Positions 1 to 8,937 of a stretch of 64,000 nucleotides of DNA are shown one piece after another (the stretch's first letter is position 1; each line of letters begins with the position of its first letter). The translations under genes were made by a program, and so were the position numbers. The notes beneath the pieces are model-generated. The model had not been told where the DNA came from. It worked only from the letters and a program-made list of their open reading frames with translations, and did not search any database. The DNA is from Bacillota bacterium (GTDB taxonomy: Bacteria > Bacillota > SHA-98 > UBA4971). The stretch covers positions 43,413-107,412 of the forward strand of contig DUSX01000020.1 of the NCBI GenBank assembly GCA_012842395.1. Reading direction: 5' to 3'.

Positions 1-1856
1 GTGCCTTCCTCCCTGAACACGTTCATCAGCCGCGTCAAGAGGACCTTGGTCTCAGCGGTGGTCTCGCCGAGAAGGCCGGCGATCTTCTGCGCGACCTCCA
101 TCTGCTTGTCTATCACACCCTGCGCCTTCTCCAGGGTCTCGGCGCGCAGCTTCTGAAGGTGAGCCGCCTGTCTCTTCTCGTCGGAGATATCCGCGATGAC
201 CCCCATCGCGAGCCTTTCGTCAGGCTCGTAGAATATGGTCTGCCTGGTGACGAGGCCAAGCTCGGGATAGGCGACCTCAACCTGAACGGCGGTCTTCTCG
301 GCGAGGACCTGCCGGAAGGTCGAGGGGTCCATGAGCGCGGCGAGCTTTCCGCCCACTACCTCGTGCCTGGACCGCCTGAACATCCGCTCGGCCGCCGTAT
401 TTAGGTCGCGGATCACCTCGTCCTCGTCCACCACGATGATCCCGTATGGCGCGGAAGCCACGAAGACGTTCGCCATGGACTCCGCCCGCTCGCGCATGTA
501 CGGGATGCACATCTCCGGATCAGCCATCCCCTGAAGAACCGCGATGGCCTTGTCGCGGCAGGAATCGTAGCCGCACGCACCGCAGTTGAGCTCGTCCTCA
601 CGCGTGAACTTCCCGGTCTTGGCGAGGACCGCCTTGATGGCGTCCTCGTCGGGGACGAACGCCTCGGGGCGAAGGTCCCGGTACGACCTCTGGAGGAGGT
701 GTCTGGGTAACTCGATCGCCGGCTCCGTGAGAGCCCGTACGCGGGACCCCGCCCGCTGCTCGTCATCGCAGCCGAGATCGCCGGGCACACGAGACTCGCT
801 CGGCCGCGAGCCGGACCGCGACCCAGACCGCAACCTCACGTACTCGAGCACCCTCGCCCTGCGCGCGTAGATGTCCTCGCGGGCCGGGTTCATGGGCCCG
901 TTGATGCACCCGCCTTCACAAGCGAGCATCTCCACCAAGCGCGGCAGCTCTGAGCGCGATTGCCGGGTCGCGCCGCGGACCGCTTCGTAATCCCCGCCGT
1001 GGAGGGTTTCGACGAACCAGCGCAGCACCTCGCGGCAGTTGTTCACGCCTGACACCGACAACACCCCGCAGTCGAGCATGTCCGTGCTGAGGAGCGAGGC
1101 CTTCAGGAGGCCGCCGCCTACGGGAAAGAGGCGAGCGAGGTCGGGCAGTGGCCCGTCGAACTCTCCTGGCGGCACCCGCGTGAGGTCTATTCCGTCCCGT
1201 TTGAAAAGCCCCGCAAGCTCGTCGAAAGTGAGCACGAAATCCACGGCGTCGTCGACCCCTGGCACCGCCCGCTCTTGGTGCTTGGCGATGCACGGGCCGA
1301 TGAAGGCCACCTTCACGCCCGGCACGAGCCGTTTGAGAAAGCGGCCGTGGGCGATCATGGGAGACACGACGGGCGCAAGGTATGTAATGGCCTCGGGATA
1401 ATGACGCTCGATGAGGTTCACCACCGCCGGGCAGGAGCTTGAGATGAGGGGGCCGCCGGTCTCGCGGAAAAGCCGTGCGTGCTCGGCGCTCACGAGTTCG
1501 GCGCCCACGGCGGTCTCCTGCACGATGTGGAAACCCAGGTGGCGAAGGGCCGCCGGGATGGCCAGCGGGTTTGCGGCGGGGAAGGCGGACGCAAACGAAG
1601 GCGCGAGGCTTGCGGCGACTTTCACCCCGCTTGCGATGAGCGATCGCACCTTGTCGAGGTCGCTCGCGACCCTTTTGGCCTTCTGCGGGCAGACGAGGAC
1701 GCACGTGCCATCAAAAATGCACCTCTCCTCGGCCACCCTGGCGTGGAGCTCGTGGGGCGCACTTCCCCGCTCCATCCTGATGGCTTTCACCGGGCACGAC
1801 CTGAGACACTTATAGCAGTCCTTGCATTTCGCCTCTATGGTCTCGATCACGCTCAT
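1..1856 (-). CDS. hydS: Sensory [FeFe]-hydrogenase-like protein (HydS type): N-terminal 4Fe-4S ferredoxin motifs, H-cluster-like domain, PAS-like C-terminal region. Partial; the C-terminus lies beyond the window start.
   Basis: Absent from the ORF track because it is open to the window edge. Hand translation of the minus strand from ATG at 1856 gives MSVIETIEAKCKDCYKCLRSCPVKAIRM...ERCIFDGTCVLVCPQKA (two Cys clusters). It continues through LISSSCPAVVNLIE, VAFIGPCIAKHQE and VEMLACEGGCINGPMN (three H-cluster signature blocks in sensory-type form). Later come CGACGYDSCRDKA and a PAS-like stretch (SAPYGIIVVDEDEVIRDLNTAAERMF). No stop codon down to nt 1. Confidence 0.8.
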   Translation of the reverse strand, partial: MSVIETIEAKCKDCYKCLRSCPVKAIRMERGSAPHELHARVAEERCIFDGTCVLVCPQKAKRVASDLDKVRSLIASGVKVAASLAPSFASAFPAANPLAIPAALRHLGFHIVQETAVGAELVSAEHARLFRETGGPLISSSCPAVVNLIERHYPEAITYLAPVVSPMIAHGRFLKRLVPGVKVAFIGPCIAKHQERAVPGVDDAVDFVLTFDELAGLFKRDGIDLTRVPPGEFDGPLPDLARLFPVGGGLLKASLLSTDMLDCGVLSVSGVNNCREVLRWFVETLHGGDYEAVRGATRQSRSELPRLVEMLACEGGCINGPMNPAREDIYARRARVLEYVRLRSGSRSGSRPSESRVPGDLGCDDEQRAGSRVRALTEPAIELPRHLLQRSYRDLRPEAFVPDEDAIKAVLAKTGKFTREDELNCGACGYDSCRDKAIAVLQGMADPEMCIPYMRERAESMANVFVASAPYGIIVVDEDEVIRDLNTAAERMFRRSRHEVVGGKLAALMDPSTFRQVLAEKTAVQVEVAYPELGLVTRQTIFYEPDERLAMGVIADISDEKRQAAHLQKLRAETLEKAQGVIDKQMEVAQKIAGLLGETTAETKVLLTRLMNVFREEG

Positions 1857-2000
1857 TCTACCACTCTCCCAGCCCTCGGCTCATAGCGCCCGGTTCCCGG
1901 CTGCCGGCTATCGGCCGGTCGCTCCCAAGCTGCCGGTTCCCAGGTGCAGGCCCCCAGTTCATGGCTCGCGGCCTTCACATCCCGGTTTGGATGACGTGCA

Positions 2001-2354
2001 TCACGAGTCCCCCAGCGAACCGCCACAGCTCCTTCCGCAACCGCCTTCGATCAGGGGCACGACCTCCTCCTCGAACAGCCTCGGCACATCATCGGGCTTC
2101 ACGGCGGTGAAAACCTTGCTCTCGATCCTCACCGTGACCCCCATGGTGCAGAGGTCCTGGCAGAACGTGCCCTTGAGCTCAACCTGGCGCGGCGCCCTCC
2201 GCTCGATCTCCTCCTCAAACGCTTTGATCACGTCGGGGGCGCCTCGCAGGAAGCACGAGCTACCAACACAGACCCAGATCGTTACCACAGAGACGGCACC
2301 TCGCATTCCTTCGTCGCCGCGCGCCCGCCCGCCGGGCCCGACGGCCCTCGTCAA
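2001..2354 (-). CDS. Thioredoxin-like (2Fe-2S) ferredoxin domain protein
   Basis: VTIWVCVGSSCFLRGAPDVIKAFEEEI...LKGTFCQDLCTMGVTVRI: a CxxxxC...CxxxC pattern paralogous to the C-terminal module of the adjacent HydA. The true start may be ATG 2306 (MRGAVSVV...). Confidence 0.7.
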   Translation of the reverse strand: MTRAVGPGGRARGDEGMRGAVSVVTIWVCVGSSCFLRGAPDVIKAFEEEIERRAPRQVELKGTFCQDLCTMGVTVRIESKVFTAVKPDDVPRLFEEEVVPLIEGGCGRSCGGSLGDS

Positions 2355-2405
2355 CGGCGCGCGGCCAACGATACGCAGCCAACGACGCGCGCACGGCCCA
2401 CGGCA

Positions 2406-4430
2406 TCACGCTCGACATGCCCGGCATGTCTCGCCCGGCAGCCGCGGCGCGACCTGCTCCATGAAGACACGCTCCGCGTTTTCCGGAGTGACCCCGGTGA
2501 TGATCTCGTCGCCAACTTTGATTGAGACCCCGCGGTCACAGTGCTCCAGGCAGAACGTGGCCCTCAGGTTGACGCGCCCCGCGAACTCGTCGCTCTCGGC
2601 AAGTCTCGTGAACGTGTCGATCACGTCGTACGACCCCCGCAGGTAGCACCCGGTGCCAACACACACGGAAACGTCGAGGGCTCCCGGCACCGCGCCATTC
2701 AGCCTCATGTCGCCGGATATCCGCCTGCGCGGACCGTACGTCGTGTGGAGCGCCTTGTGGGCGGCCTCGCTCCCAGGCTCGCCCAGGTATCTCTCGTAGA
2801 GCCTCGCAACCGCCAGGTTCTCGCTGGGGCTGCGGAGCTGCATGGTCCTATCCGCCCGGTAGAGGCCTTTCCCTCTTGCCTTTCGGGCCGCGACGTCGTT
2901 CGGGTACGGCTGCCCGCCGCCTCCGACGCACCCGCCGGGGCAAGCCATGACCTCAACCAGATTGTAACATACTTCTTTCCTCCGCACCGCCTCGACCAGC
3001 CTCCGGGCGTTCGCGAGGCCGTGGACCACGGCCACACGTATCTCGACGTCTCCCAGGCGCACCGTCGCCTCGCGCGTGCCCTCGAACCCGCGCACCTCCT
3101 GGAAGTCTACCCTGCCCGGCTCGACCCCGAGGCAAGCGGCTGCCGTCCGCAGGACCGCCTCGGCCACGCCGCCGGTCACGCCGAATATGACCCCGCCGCC
3201 GGTCGTAAGGCCGAAGGGCTGGTCGAAGCCTTCCTCCTCCAGCTCGTCGAAGACTATGCCGGCCTGCTTCAAGAGCATGCCAAGCTCGTTCGTGGACAAA
3301 ACCGCGTCCACGTCGCGAACGCCGCCGTCCGACGCGAACTCGGGCCTCGTGGCCTCAAACTTCTTCGCCGTGCACGGCATGATTGAGACCACGAAGACGT
3401 CCTCCGGCCGCACGCCGAGCTCCTTCGAGTAGAAACGCTTTATGACCGAACCGAACATCTGCTGCGGCGACCTGCACGTGGACAGGTTCGGCAGCATGTC
3501 AGGGTAGTACTGTTCCATGAACTTGACCCATCCCGGGCAGCATGACGTGAACTGTGGGAGGTCCTGCCCCTTCTCGAGCCGGCCCAGGAACTCGTGGCAC
3601 TCCTCCACAGCCGTGAGGTCGGCCCCGAACACGGTGTCAAACACCTTCGCGAAGCCCAGCCTCCGCAGGGCAGCCACCACCTTGCCCGTCCCGATCTCGC
3701 CGGGCTTGCCGCCGAAGACCTCGCCCAGCGCGACGCGCACCGCCGGCGCCACCTGTGCCACCACGGTCTTCGACGGGTCGTGAAGCGCCGACCACACAGC
3801 CTCAGCCTCCGGTTTGCCGGTGAGCGCTCCCGTGGGGCATACAGCTACGCACTGACCGCAGTACACGCACTCGACCTCGGAGAGCTTGCGCCCGAACGCC
3901 GGGCTCACGCACGTGCGGGACCCACGCCCCGCGAAGTCCAGGACGCCTATGCCCTGGATCTCGGAGCACACTCTCACGCAGTCCCCGCAGAGGATGCACT
4001 TGTTCGGGTCCCGGACGACCGAGGGGTTCGCGTCGTCTATGGGAAGCATCTCCTCCCGCTCCCCGAACCTGACCTTTCTCACGCCCAGCCGGTACGCGAG
4101 GCTCTGCAGCTTGCACATGCCGTTCTTCTCGCAAGTGGTGCAATCCCTATGGTGATTGGCCAGGAGGAGCTCGATCACCATCCGGCGCAGCCTCAGCGTC
4201 CTTTCGGTGTTCGTGTGAATCACCATTCCGTCCGCTGGCGGCGTGGAACATGCCGCGACGAGCCCCATGCCGTCCACCTCCACGGCGCACATCCGGCACG
4301 CGCCGTAGACGGAGAGCTCCGAGTGGTAACAGAACGTGGGGAGCTCGATTCCCGCCTTGCGCACCACCTCGAGGATGTTCTTCTCGCCGTTTATCTCAAC
4401 CCTTTGGCCATCAACCGTCACATGCGGCAT
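2406..4430 (-). CDS. hydA: [FeFe] hydrogenase catalytic subunit HydA (NuoG-like N-terminus plus H-cluster domain plus C-terminal Trx-like 2Fe-2S module)
   Basis: MPHVTVDGQRVEINGEKNILEVVRKAGIELPTFCYH...CRMCAVEV, several CxxCxxCxxxC clusters, and H-cluster motifs FTSCCPGW, IMPCTAKKFE and EVMACPGGCVGGGGQP. Start reassigned to ATG 4430, preceded by GAAGGAGGG. Confidence 0.9.
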   Translation of the reverse strand: MPHVTVDGQRVEINGEKNILEVVRKAGIELPTFCYHSELSVYGACRMCAVEVDGMGLVAACSTPPADGMVIHTNTERTLRLRRMVIELLLANHHRDCTTCEKNGMCKLQSLAYRLGVRKVRFGEREEMLPIDDANPSVVRDPNKCILCGDCVRVCSEIQGIGVLDFAGRGSRTCVSPAFGRKLSEVECVYCGQCVAVCPTGALTGKPEAEAVWSALHDPSKTVVAQVAPAVRVALGEVFGGKPGEIGTGKVVAALRRLGFAKVFDTVFGADLTAVEECHEFLGRLEKGQDLPQFTSCCPGWVKFMEQYYPDMLPNLSTCRSPQQMFGSVIKRFYSKELGVRPEDVFVVSIMPCTAKKFEATRPEFASDGGVRDVDAVLSTNELGMLLKQAGIVFDELEEEGFDQPFGLTTGGGVIFGVTGGVAEAVLRTAAACLGVEPGRVDFQEVRGFEGTREATVRLGDVEIRVAVVHGLANARRLVEAVRRKEVCYNLVEVMACPGGCVGGGGQPYPNDVAARKARGKGLYRADRTMQLRSPSENLAVARLYERYLGEPGSEAAHKALHTTYGPRRRISGDMRLNGAVPGALDVSVCVGTGCYLRGSYDVIDTFTRLAESDEFAGRVNLRATFCLEHCDRGVSIKVGDEIITGVTPENAERVFMEQVAPRLPGETCRACRA

Positions 4431-4593
4431 AGCCTGGTTCCCTCCTTCAGTCCGTGTTGGCAGCCACCCGTCGCGGGTGGCGAGCCTCATGTGGTTAGCC
4501 TCACGCGGCTAACCTCTCGTGGCTGACCTCCCGCGACTAACCCCACGGCCCTTGACCGCGCTAGGGTTGGGCGATGTGCTCAGCCGTCCGGGG

Positions 4594-6747
4594 CTAGGCG
4601 CGTATGGCGCCGAACCTGCATTTCTCAGCACACGTCCCACACTTGATGCACTTCTCAGGATCAATCGCGTGGGGCTTGCCCCGCTCACCAGAAATGGCCC
4701 CCACGGGGCAAACCTTCGCGCACAAGGTGCACCCGCGGCACTTCGAGGCGTCAATGGAATACGCTCGCAGAGCCTGGCACGCCCCGGCCGGACAGCGCTT
4801 TTGGACGACGTGGGCATCGTACTCCTTCCGGAAGTACCTGAGCGTTGTCAGCACAGGGTTCGGAGCAGTCTTGCCTAGCCCGCACAGCGAGCCGTCCTTC
4901 ACCGCAAGCGCCAGTTCCCGGAGGAGGTCCACATCCTCAGGCGTCCCCTCGCCCTTGGTGATCTTCGTGAGGAGCGCGAGCATCTGTCTCGTGCCCTCGC
5001 GACACGGGACACACTTCCCGCACGACTCGCTCTGAGTGAACTTCATGAAGAACCGCGCGACCTCCACCATGCACGCGGTATCGTCCATGACGACCATGCC
5101 GCCCGAACCGACCATGGCGCCGACCTTCGCCAGCGACTCATAGTCGAGGCCCACGTCAAGGTGCTCCTCGCCGAGGCAACCGCCCGAAGGGCCGCCTATC
5201 TGGACGGCCTTGAACTTCCTGCCGCCCCTTATGCCGCCCCCGATGTCGAAGATGAGGTCCCGCAAGGGAAGCCCCATGGGGATCTCGACGAGGCCGGTGT
5301 TGGCCACCTGTCCCGCGAGGGCGAAGGTCTTCGTGCCCGGGCTCTTCGGGGTGCCGTACGACCTGAACCACTCCGGCCCTTTCGTGATGATGGCGGGCAG
5401 GTTAGCCAACGTCTCCACGTTGTTGATGACGGTCGGCTTCCCGAAGAGGCCGCTCGTCGCGGGATACGGAGGCCTTGGGCTCGGCATTCCGCGCCTGCCC
5501 TCGATCGACGAGATGAGCGCGGTCTCCTCGCCGCACACGAACGCCCCTGCGCCCTCCTTGATCGTTATGTCGAACGAGAAGCTGCTCCCGAGGATGTTCC
5601 GCCCGAGCAGGCCGTGCTCTCGCGCCTGCGCGACCGCCTTCTTGAGGCGGCTCACGGCGACGGGGTACTCCGCCCTCACGTATATGAATCCCTCGTCGGC
5701 GCCGATGGCGTACGCCGCTATCATCAGGCCCTCTATGACCTTGTGTGGGTCGCCCTCCATGACGCTGCGATCCATGAACGCGCCAGGATCGCCCTCGTCA
5801 CCGTTGCAGATCACGTACTTCTTGTCGGAGACCGCCGCGCGCGCGAAAGTCCACTTGCGCCCGGTTGGGAACCCGGCTCCGCCGCGTCCTCGAAGGCCCG
5901 ACGCGCTCACCGTGTCGATCACCTGCTCCGGCGTCATCTCCCTGAGGATACGCGCAATGGCCTGGTACCCGCCGTGGGCGATGGCCTCCCGGATGTCCTC
6001 CGGGTTCATGCGCCCGCAGTTCGCCAGGACCACCCGCACCTGCCTACGGTAGAACGGGATCGAGTCCTCCGTGCGGGCGGGCTCGCCGGTGCTCGGGTCG
6101 TGGTACAGGAGCCGTTCGACTACCTCGCCCCGGACGAGGGTCTTCTCGACGATCTCGTCCACGTCCTCGGGCTTTACTTTCACATAAAGGATGCCTTGCG
6201 GTTCAATCCGGACGAGCGGGCCCATCTGGCAGAACCCGTGGCAGCCGCTGATGGATACGCCCACCCCGGCGGACGTAGACGCGGAGGTGGCCGTATGCGC
6301 GGACGCAGCTCCGCTCGCAGGCGTGGACGCCGCTCCAGCTGAGGCAGCGGGCGCGACGCCGGCTTGAGGCGCGGGCGCATCCGCAGCGGTAGATGTGGAC
6401 GCACCGCGGGCCGGGCCCGTGCGACCGTCGGCGCATGATTCCTCGCCGGACACGCCGTGCGTGCTCCCCTCGTCCGTGCTCCCCTCGGGCGTGCTTCCCT
6501 CGGGTGCGCTCTCCTCGGGTGCGCTCACGCTCTCGGTCTTGCACGCATCTAGCACCATGTCGAGCTCGACCAGGAGGCCTCTCTCCCTGACCGCGTCCTT
6601 GAGCTTCTCGTACACCTTAAGTGAACCGTTAGCCAGACACCCGGTTCCCGCGCACACGAGGGCGCGCACCCTCTGGCGGTCGAGTGCTGTCTTCATGTCA
6701 TTTGCATACGACTCTACGTCCTGTGGCGTGTTGAGCCGCACCGTCAT
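4594..6747 (-). CDS. hydB: NuoF-like flavoprotein subunit of NADH-dependent [FeFe] hydrogenase (HydB), carrying a ~95-aa low-complexity insertion in the N-terminal 2Fe-2S module
   Basis: GLRGRGGAGFPTGRKW (FMN/NADH site), SCGKCVPCREG (N3 cluster), and C-terminal ferredoxin motifs CRGCTLCAKVCP and CIKCGTCAEKC. The N-terminal module reads CAGTGC...GCHGFC. ATGA start/stop overlap with hydC. Confidence 0.9.
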   Translation of the reverse strand: MTVRLNTPQDVESYANDMKTALDRQRVRALVCAGTGCLANGSLKVYEKLKDAVRERGLLVELDMVLDACKTESVSAPEESAPEGSTPEGSTDEGSTHGVSGEESCADGRTGPARGASTSTAADAPAPQAGVAPAASAGAASTPASGAASAHTATSASTSAGVGVSISGCHGFCQMGPLVRIEPQGILYVKVKPEDVDEIVEKTLVRGEVVERLLYHDPSTGEPARTEDSIPFYRRQVRVVLANCGRMNPEDIREAIAHGGYQAIARILREMTPEQVIDTVSASGLRGRGGAGFPTGRKWTFARAAVSDKKYVICNGDEGDPGAFMDRSVMEGDPHKVIEGLMIAAYAIGADEGFIYVRAEYPVAVSRLKKAVAQAREHGLLGRNILGSSFSFDITIKEGAGAFVCGEETALISSIEGRRGMPSPRPPYPATSGLFGKPTVINNVETLANLPAIITKGPEWFRSYGTPKSPGTKTFALAGQVANTGLVEIPMGLPLRDLIFDIGGGIRGGRKFKAVQIGGPSGGCLGEEHLDVGLDYESLAKVGAMVGSGGMVVMDDTACMVEVARFFMKFTQSESCGKCVPCREGTRQMLALLTKITKGEGTPEDVDLLRELALAVKDGSLCGLGKTAPNPVLTTLRYFRKEYDAHVVQKRCPAGACQALRAYSIDASKCRGCTLCAKVCPVGAISGERGKPHAIDPEKCIKCGTCAEKCRFGAIRA
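6460..6527. repeat. About four tandem copies of a 15-nt unit inside hydB, encoding (P/D)EGST repeats
   Basis: Plus strand reads cgtgctcccctcgtc / cgtgctcccctcggg / cgtgcttccctcggg / tgcgctctcctcggg. On the minus strand this translates to APEGSTPEGSTDEGST. Confidence 0.8.
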
Positions 6748-7394
6748 CTCCGACCCCCCTCTTCTCTGCCGTCCCGGGCTGCGCTGTCCCGGGTCGCATC
6801 GCCCCGGGTCACGTCGTTCCCCGCCGCGTTACTCGCGGGCGACTTGTTACCTGCCGTACCGTGCCCAGCTGGACCGTCCCCACCTGCGTCGCTCGTTTTC
6901 TCCTTCGCTATTAGCTGGTCAAGGACTATCGAAAGCGCCTCCGGAGTAAGCTGACCGTATACGTCGCGATCGTTCACCATCACAACCGGCGCCAGCCCGC
7001 AAGCTCCGATGCACGACACCGTTTCCACGGTGAACTTGAGATCGTCTGTAGTGTCCTTGGACTCGTCGAGGCCCAGTTTCTCGCGGATCACGTAGCGCAG
7101 CTTCTCGGAGCCCCGCACGTGACACGCGGTCCCGTCGCACACCTTGATGACGTATTTGCCTTTGGGCTTCAGAGAAAACTGCGCATAAAACGTGGCGACC
7201 CCGTACACGGTCGCGGGGGGGATCCCCAGCGCCGTCGCGACGTACGTCAGCACTTCCTCGGGAAGATACCGGTACTCCGACTGGATCTCCTGGAGGATGG
7301 CTATCAGGTTGGATACCTTGCCGCCGTGCCTTTCGATGATGCTGTTGACCTTGTCAAACTTGCGCTGAAACGCCTCTTTTTGCGCTGCTGGCAT
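6744..7394 (-). CDS. hydC: NuoE-like 2Fe-2S subunit of the hydrogenase (HydC) with a low-complexity C-terminal tail
   Basis: NLIAILQEIQSEYRYLPEEVL...VCDGTACHVRG...VSCIGACGLAPVVMVN. Start reassigned to ATG 7394 (MPAAQKEAF), preceded by GGAGGTG. Confidence 0.88.
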   Translation of the reverse strand: MPAAQKEAFQRKFDKVNSIIERHGGKVSNLIAILQEIQSEYRYLPEEVLTYVATALGIPPATVYGVATFYAQFSLKPKGKYVIKVCDGTACHVRGSEKLRYVIREKLGLDESKDTTDDLKFTVETVSCIGACGLAPVVMVNDRDVYGQLTPEALSIVLDQLIAKEKTSDAGGDGPAGHGTAGNKSPASNAAGNDVTRGDATRDSAARDGREEGGRR

Positions 7395-7545
7395 AAGCGC
7401 CACCTCCGGACCATTCACGTTCTTTCCAAACCCCACCCGAGATCCGAACCCTTACCTGAAACCCTGAACCTCTGCACCCGCATCTTCAGCCTGGGCTCTT
7501 CAAGAACCCGGACACCGGGTCACATCCCAAGCTGCGATCCCGTAT

Positions 7546-7563
7546 TTGTGAAACCGCGCACAA
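7546..7563. promoter_or_regulatory. Candidate Rex (redox-sensing repressor) operator upstream of hydCBA
   Basis: TTGTGAAACCGCGCACAA compared with the remembered Rex box TTGTGAA-N4-TTCACAA. The left half-site is perfect; the right half-site matches 5/7. It lies ~150 nt upstream of the hydC start. Confidence 0.45.
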
Positions 7564-7813
7564 AGTTCGGCATGAGCACGCGTCCGCCAGGCCGAATCAC
7601 CCATCTCCCGGCGCTCGAGCCAGCCCACAGGCTGAGTGAACCCGCGACGCATCAACTGTCGAAGCCCGCCTCGCAGTCTCCTAGCCGTGCCGATGGCCCG
7701 GTCTGCCGGGCCTCGCGACGCGCACCGCTGCTCGCTACCGGCATACCGCAGGCCGCAGGCCCGCCACGGCCTCGACGTCGTGACCCGCAGCCGCGCTGTT
7801 TCTCTCTGTGCCC

Positions 7814-8368
7814 TCATACTCCTGAGGGTGAGACCACCCACAGAGCCGCGGCGGGCACGTTGTCTGTATTGCGGAGGCCGTCCAGACTATGGATGGAGAA
7901 GTGCGCGGCGTCGCCAGGTCCCAGCTGGTACCATTTCCCTCCGCTCGACACCTCGATAGCGCCTTCGAGCACGTACAAGAAATCGTCCCTCTCATGGGTG
8001 TAAACGAAGTTCTCCGTAGAATAGCTGGCCCGAGGCTCGAGACAGACGACACACGCCTGCATCCGCTTGCTGCGCGAGCCAAGGAACGCAAAGAGCTCGA
8101 TTTTCACACCTTCGCATTCCGTGACGAGATTCCGCCGCCCGTTCTTGCGCACCACCACCCATTCCTCCGGAAACTCGTCGTCCGTGAGCATCGACACGCC
8201 GGTTCCGAGAACGGCAGCGATGCGCTTCAGCGTAGAAAAGGACGGGGTGGCCTCGTTTCGCTCGAGCTGGTAAATGAAGCTTGGCGACACTCCCACCTTT
8301 TCCGCGAGGGCTTTCGCGCTGATGCCGGCGTTCGTCCGCATCCTCCTCAGTCGCTCTCCGAAGTCCAT
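7814..8368 (-). CDS. XRE-family HTH transcriptional regulator with C-terminal cupin domain
   Basis: MDFGERLRRMRTNAGISAKALAEKVGVSPSFIYQLERNEATPSFSTLKRIAAVLG (HTH_3), followed by a cupin-like C-terminus (GDAAHF). Start at ATG 8368, preceded by GGGAGGGTG. Confidence 0.85.
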   Translation of the reverse strand: MDFGERLRRMRTNAGISAKALAEKVGVSPSFIYQLERNEATPSFSTLKRIAAVLGTGVSMLTDDEFPEEWVVVRKNGRRNLVTECEGVKIELFAFLGSRSKRMQACVVCLEPRASYSTENFVYTHERDDFLYVLEGAIEVSSGGKWYQLGPGDAAHFSIHSLDGLRNTDNVPAAALWVVSPSGV

Positions 8369-8937
8369 AGGATCACCCTCCCATGATGCCACACGTGTGG
8401 CTCGGCTCCGATGTCCGGCAGGCCTATCCGTGCCTATCCGCGGGCTGGTCGCCGCGCCCTTCCGGACCGTGCGGCGTCGCCGTCGGGCACCCGCTCCCGC
8501 GAATCGCTCGCACGAACGGCTCGCACGAATCGCCCGGCTGGGGCAAACACAGGGTCCCGTCACAGGGCGCTGCACCGCTGAGGAGACCGATGGTGCAAGC
8601 ATCGTTTCTCAAAGTGCGTACCAGGATAGGTCTGCTACCCTATGTAGAACCCTCCACTACGACTATAGAGCGCTACTTCACAAATGTCAAGTAGTGGTTT
8701 CGGAATTTACACGATGGCACCCGCAGCACGGCACGCTCGGCCCGATCCAGCGTGGTCGAAATGCAAGGATGCCCGGAGGATACCTCATCCTCGTGGTCCG
8801 CCGGGAGGGTTCCGCAGACGGGCGTTGAATGTGTCATTCGCGCGGACTTGTCTCCCCCGACTGGTCTGGGTTCTCGAGAGCCCGCGTCGTTCATATCGTT
8901 ATATCCAATCCCGGAGAGGTTGCCGTGGGAGGTTTCT

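Noticed and set aside
916-1704. 262-aa minus-strand ORF, plus plus-strand ORFs at 1039-1886, in the first 1.9 kb
   Set aside because: Extremely Arg/Pro/Gly-rich and in the wrong frames. A different minus-strand frame gives a continuous hydrogenase-like protein with clear motifs. These are shadow ORFs of high-GC DNA.
6460-6527. Short tandem repeats here and at 42552-42686 and 47266-47515, considered as a possible CRISPR or VNTR array
   Set aside because: The units are 9-15 nt, contiguous without spacers, in frame, and lie inside long ORFs. They are coding low-complexity repeats, not CRISPR. No CRISPR-like repeat-spacer pattern was seen anywhere in the window.
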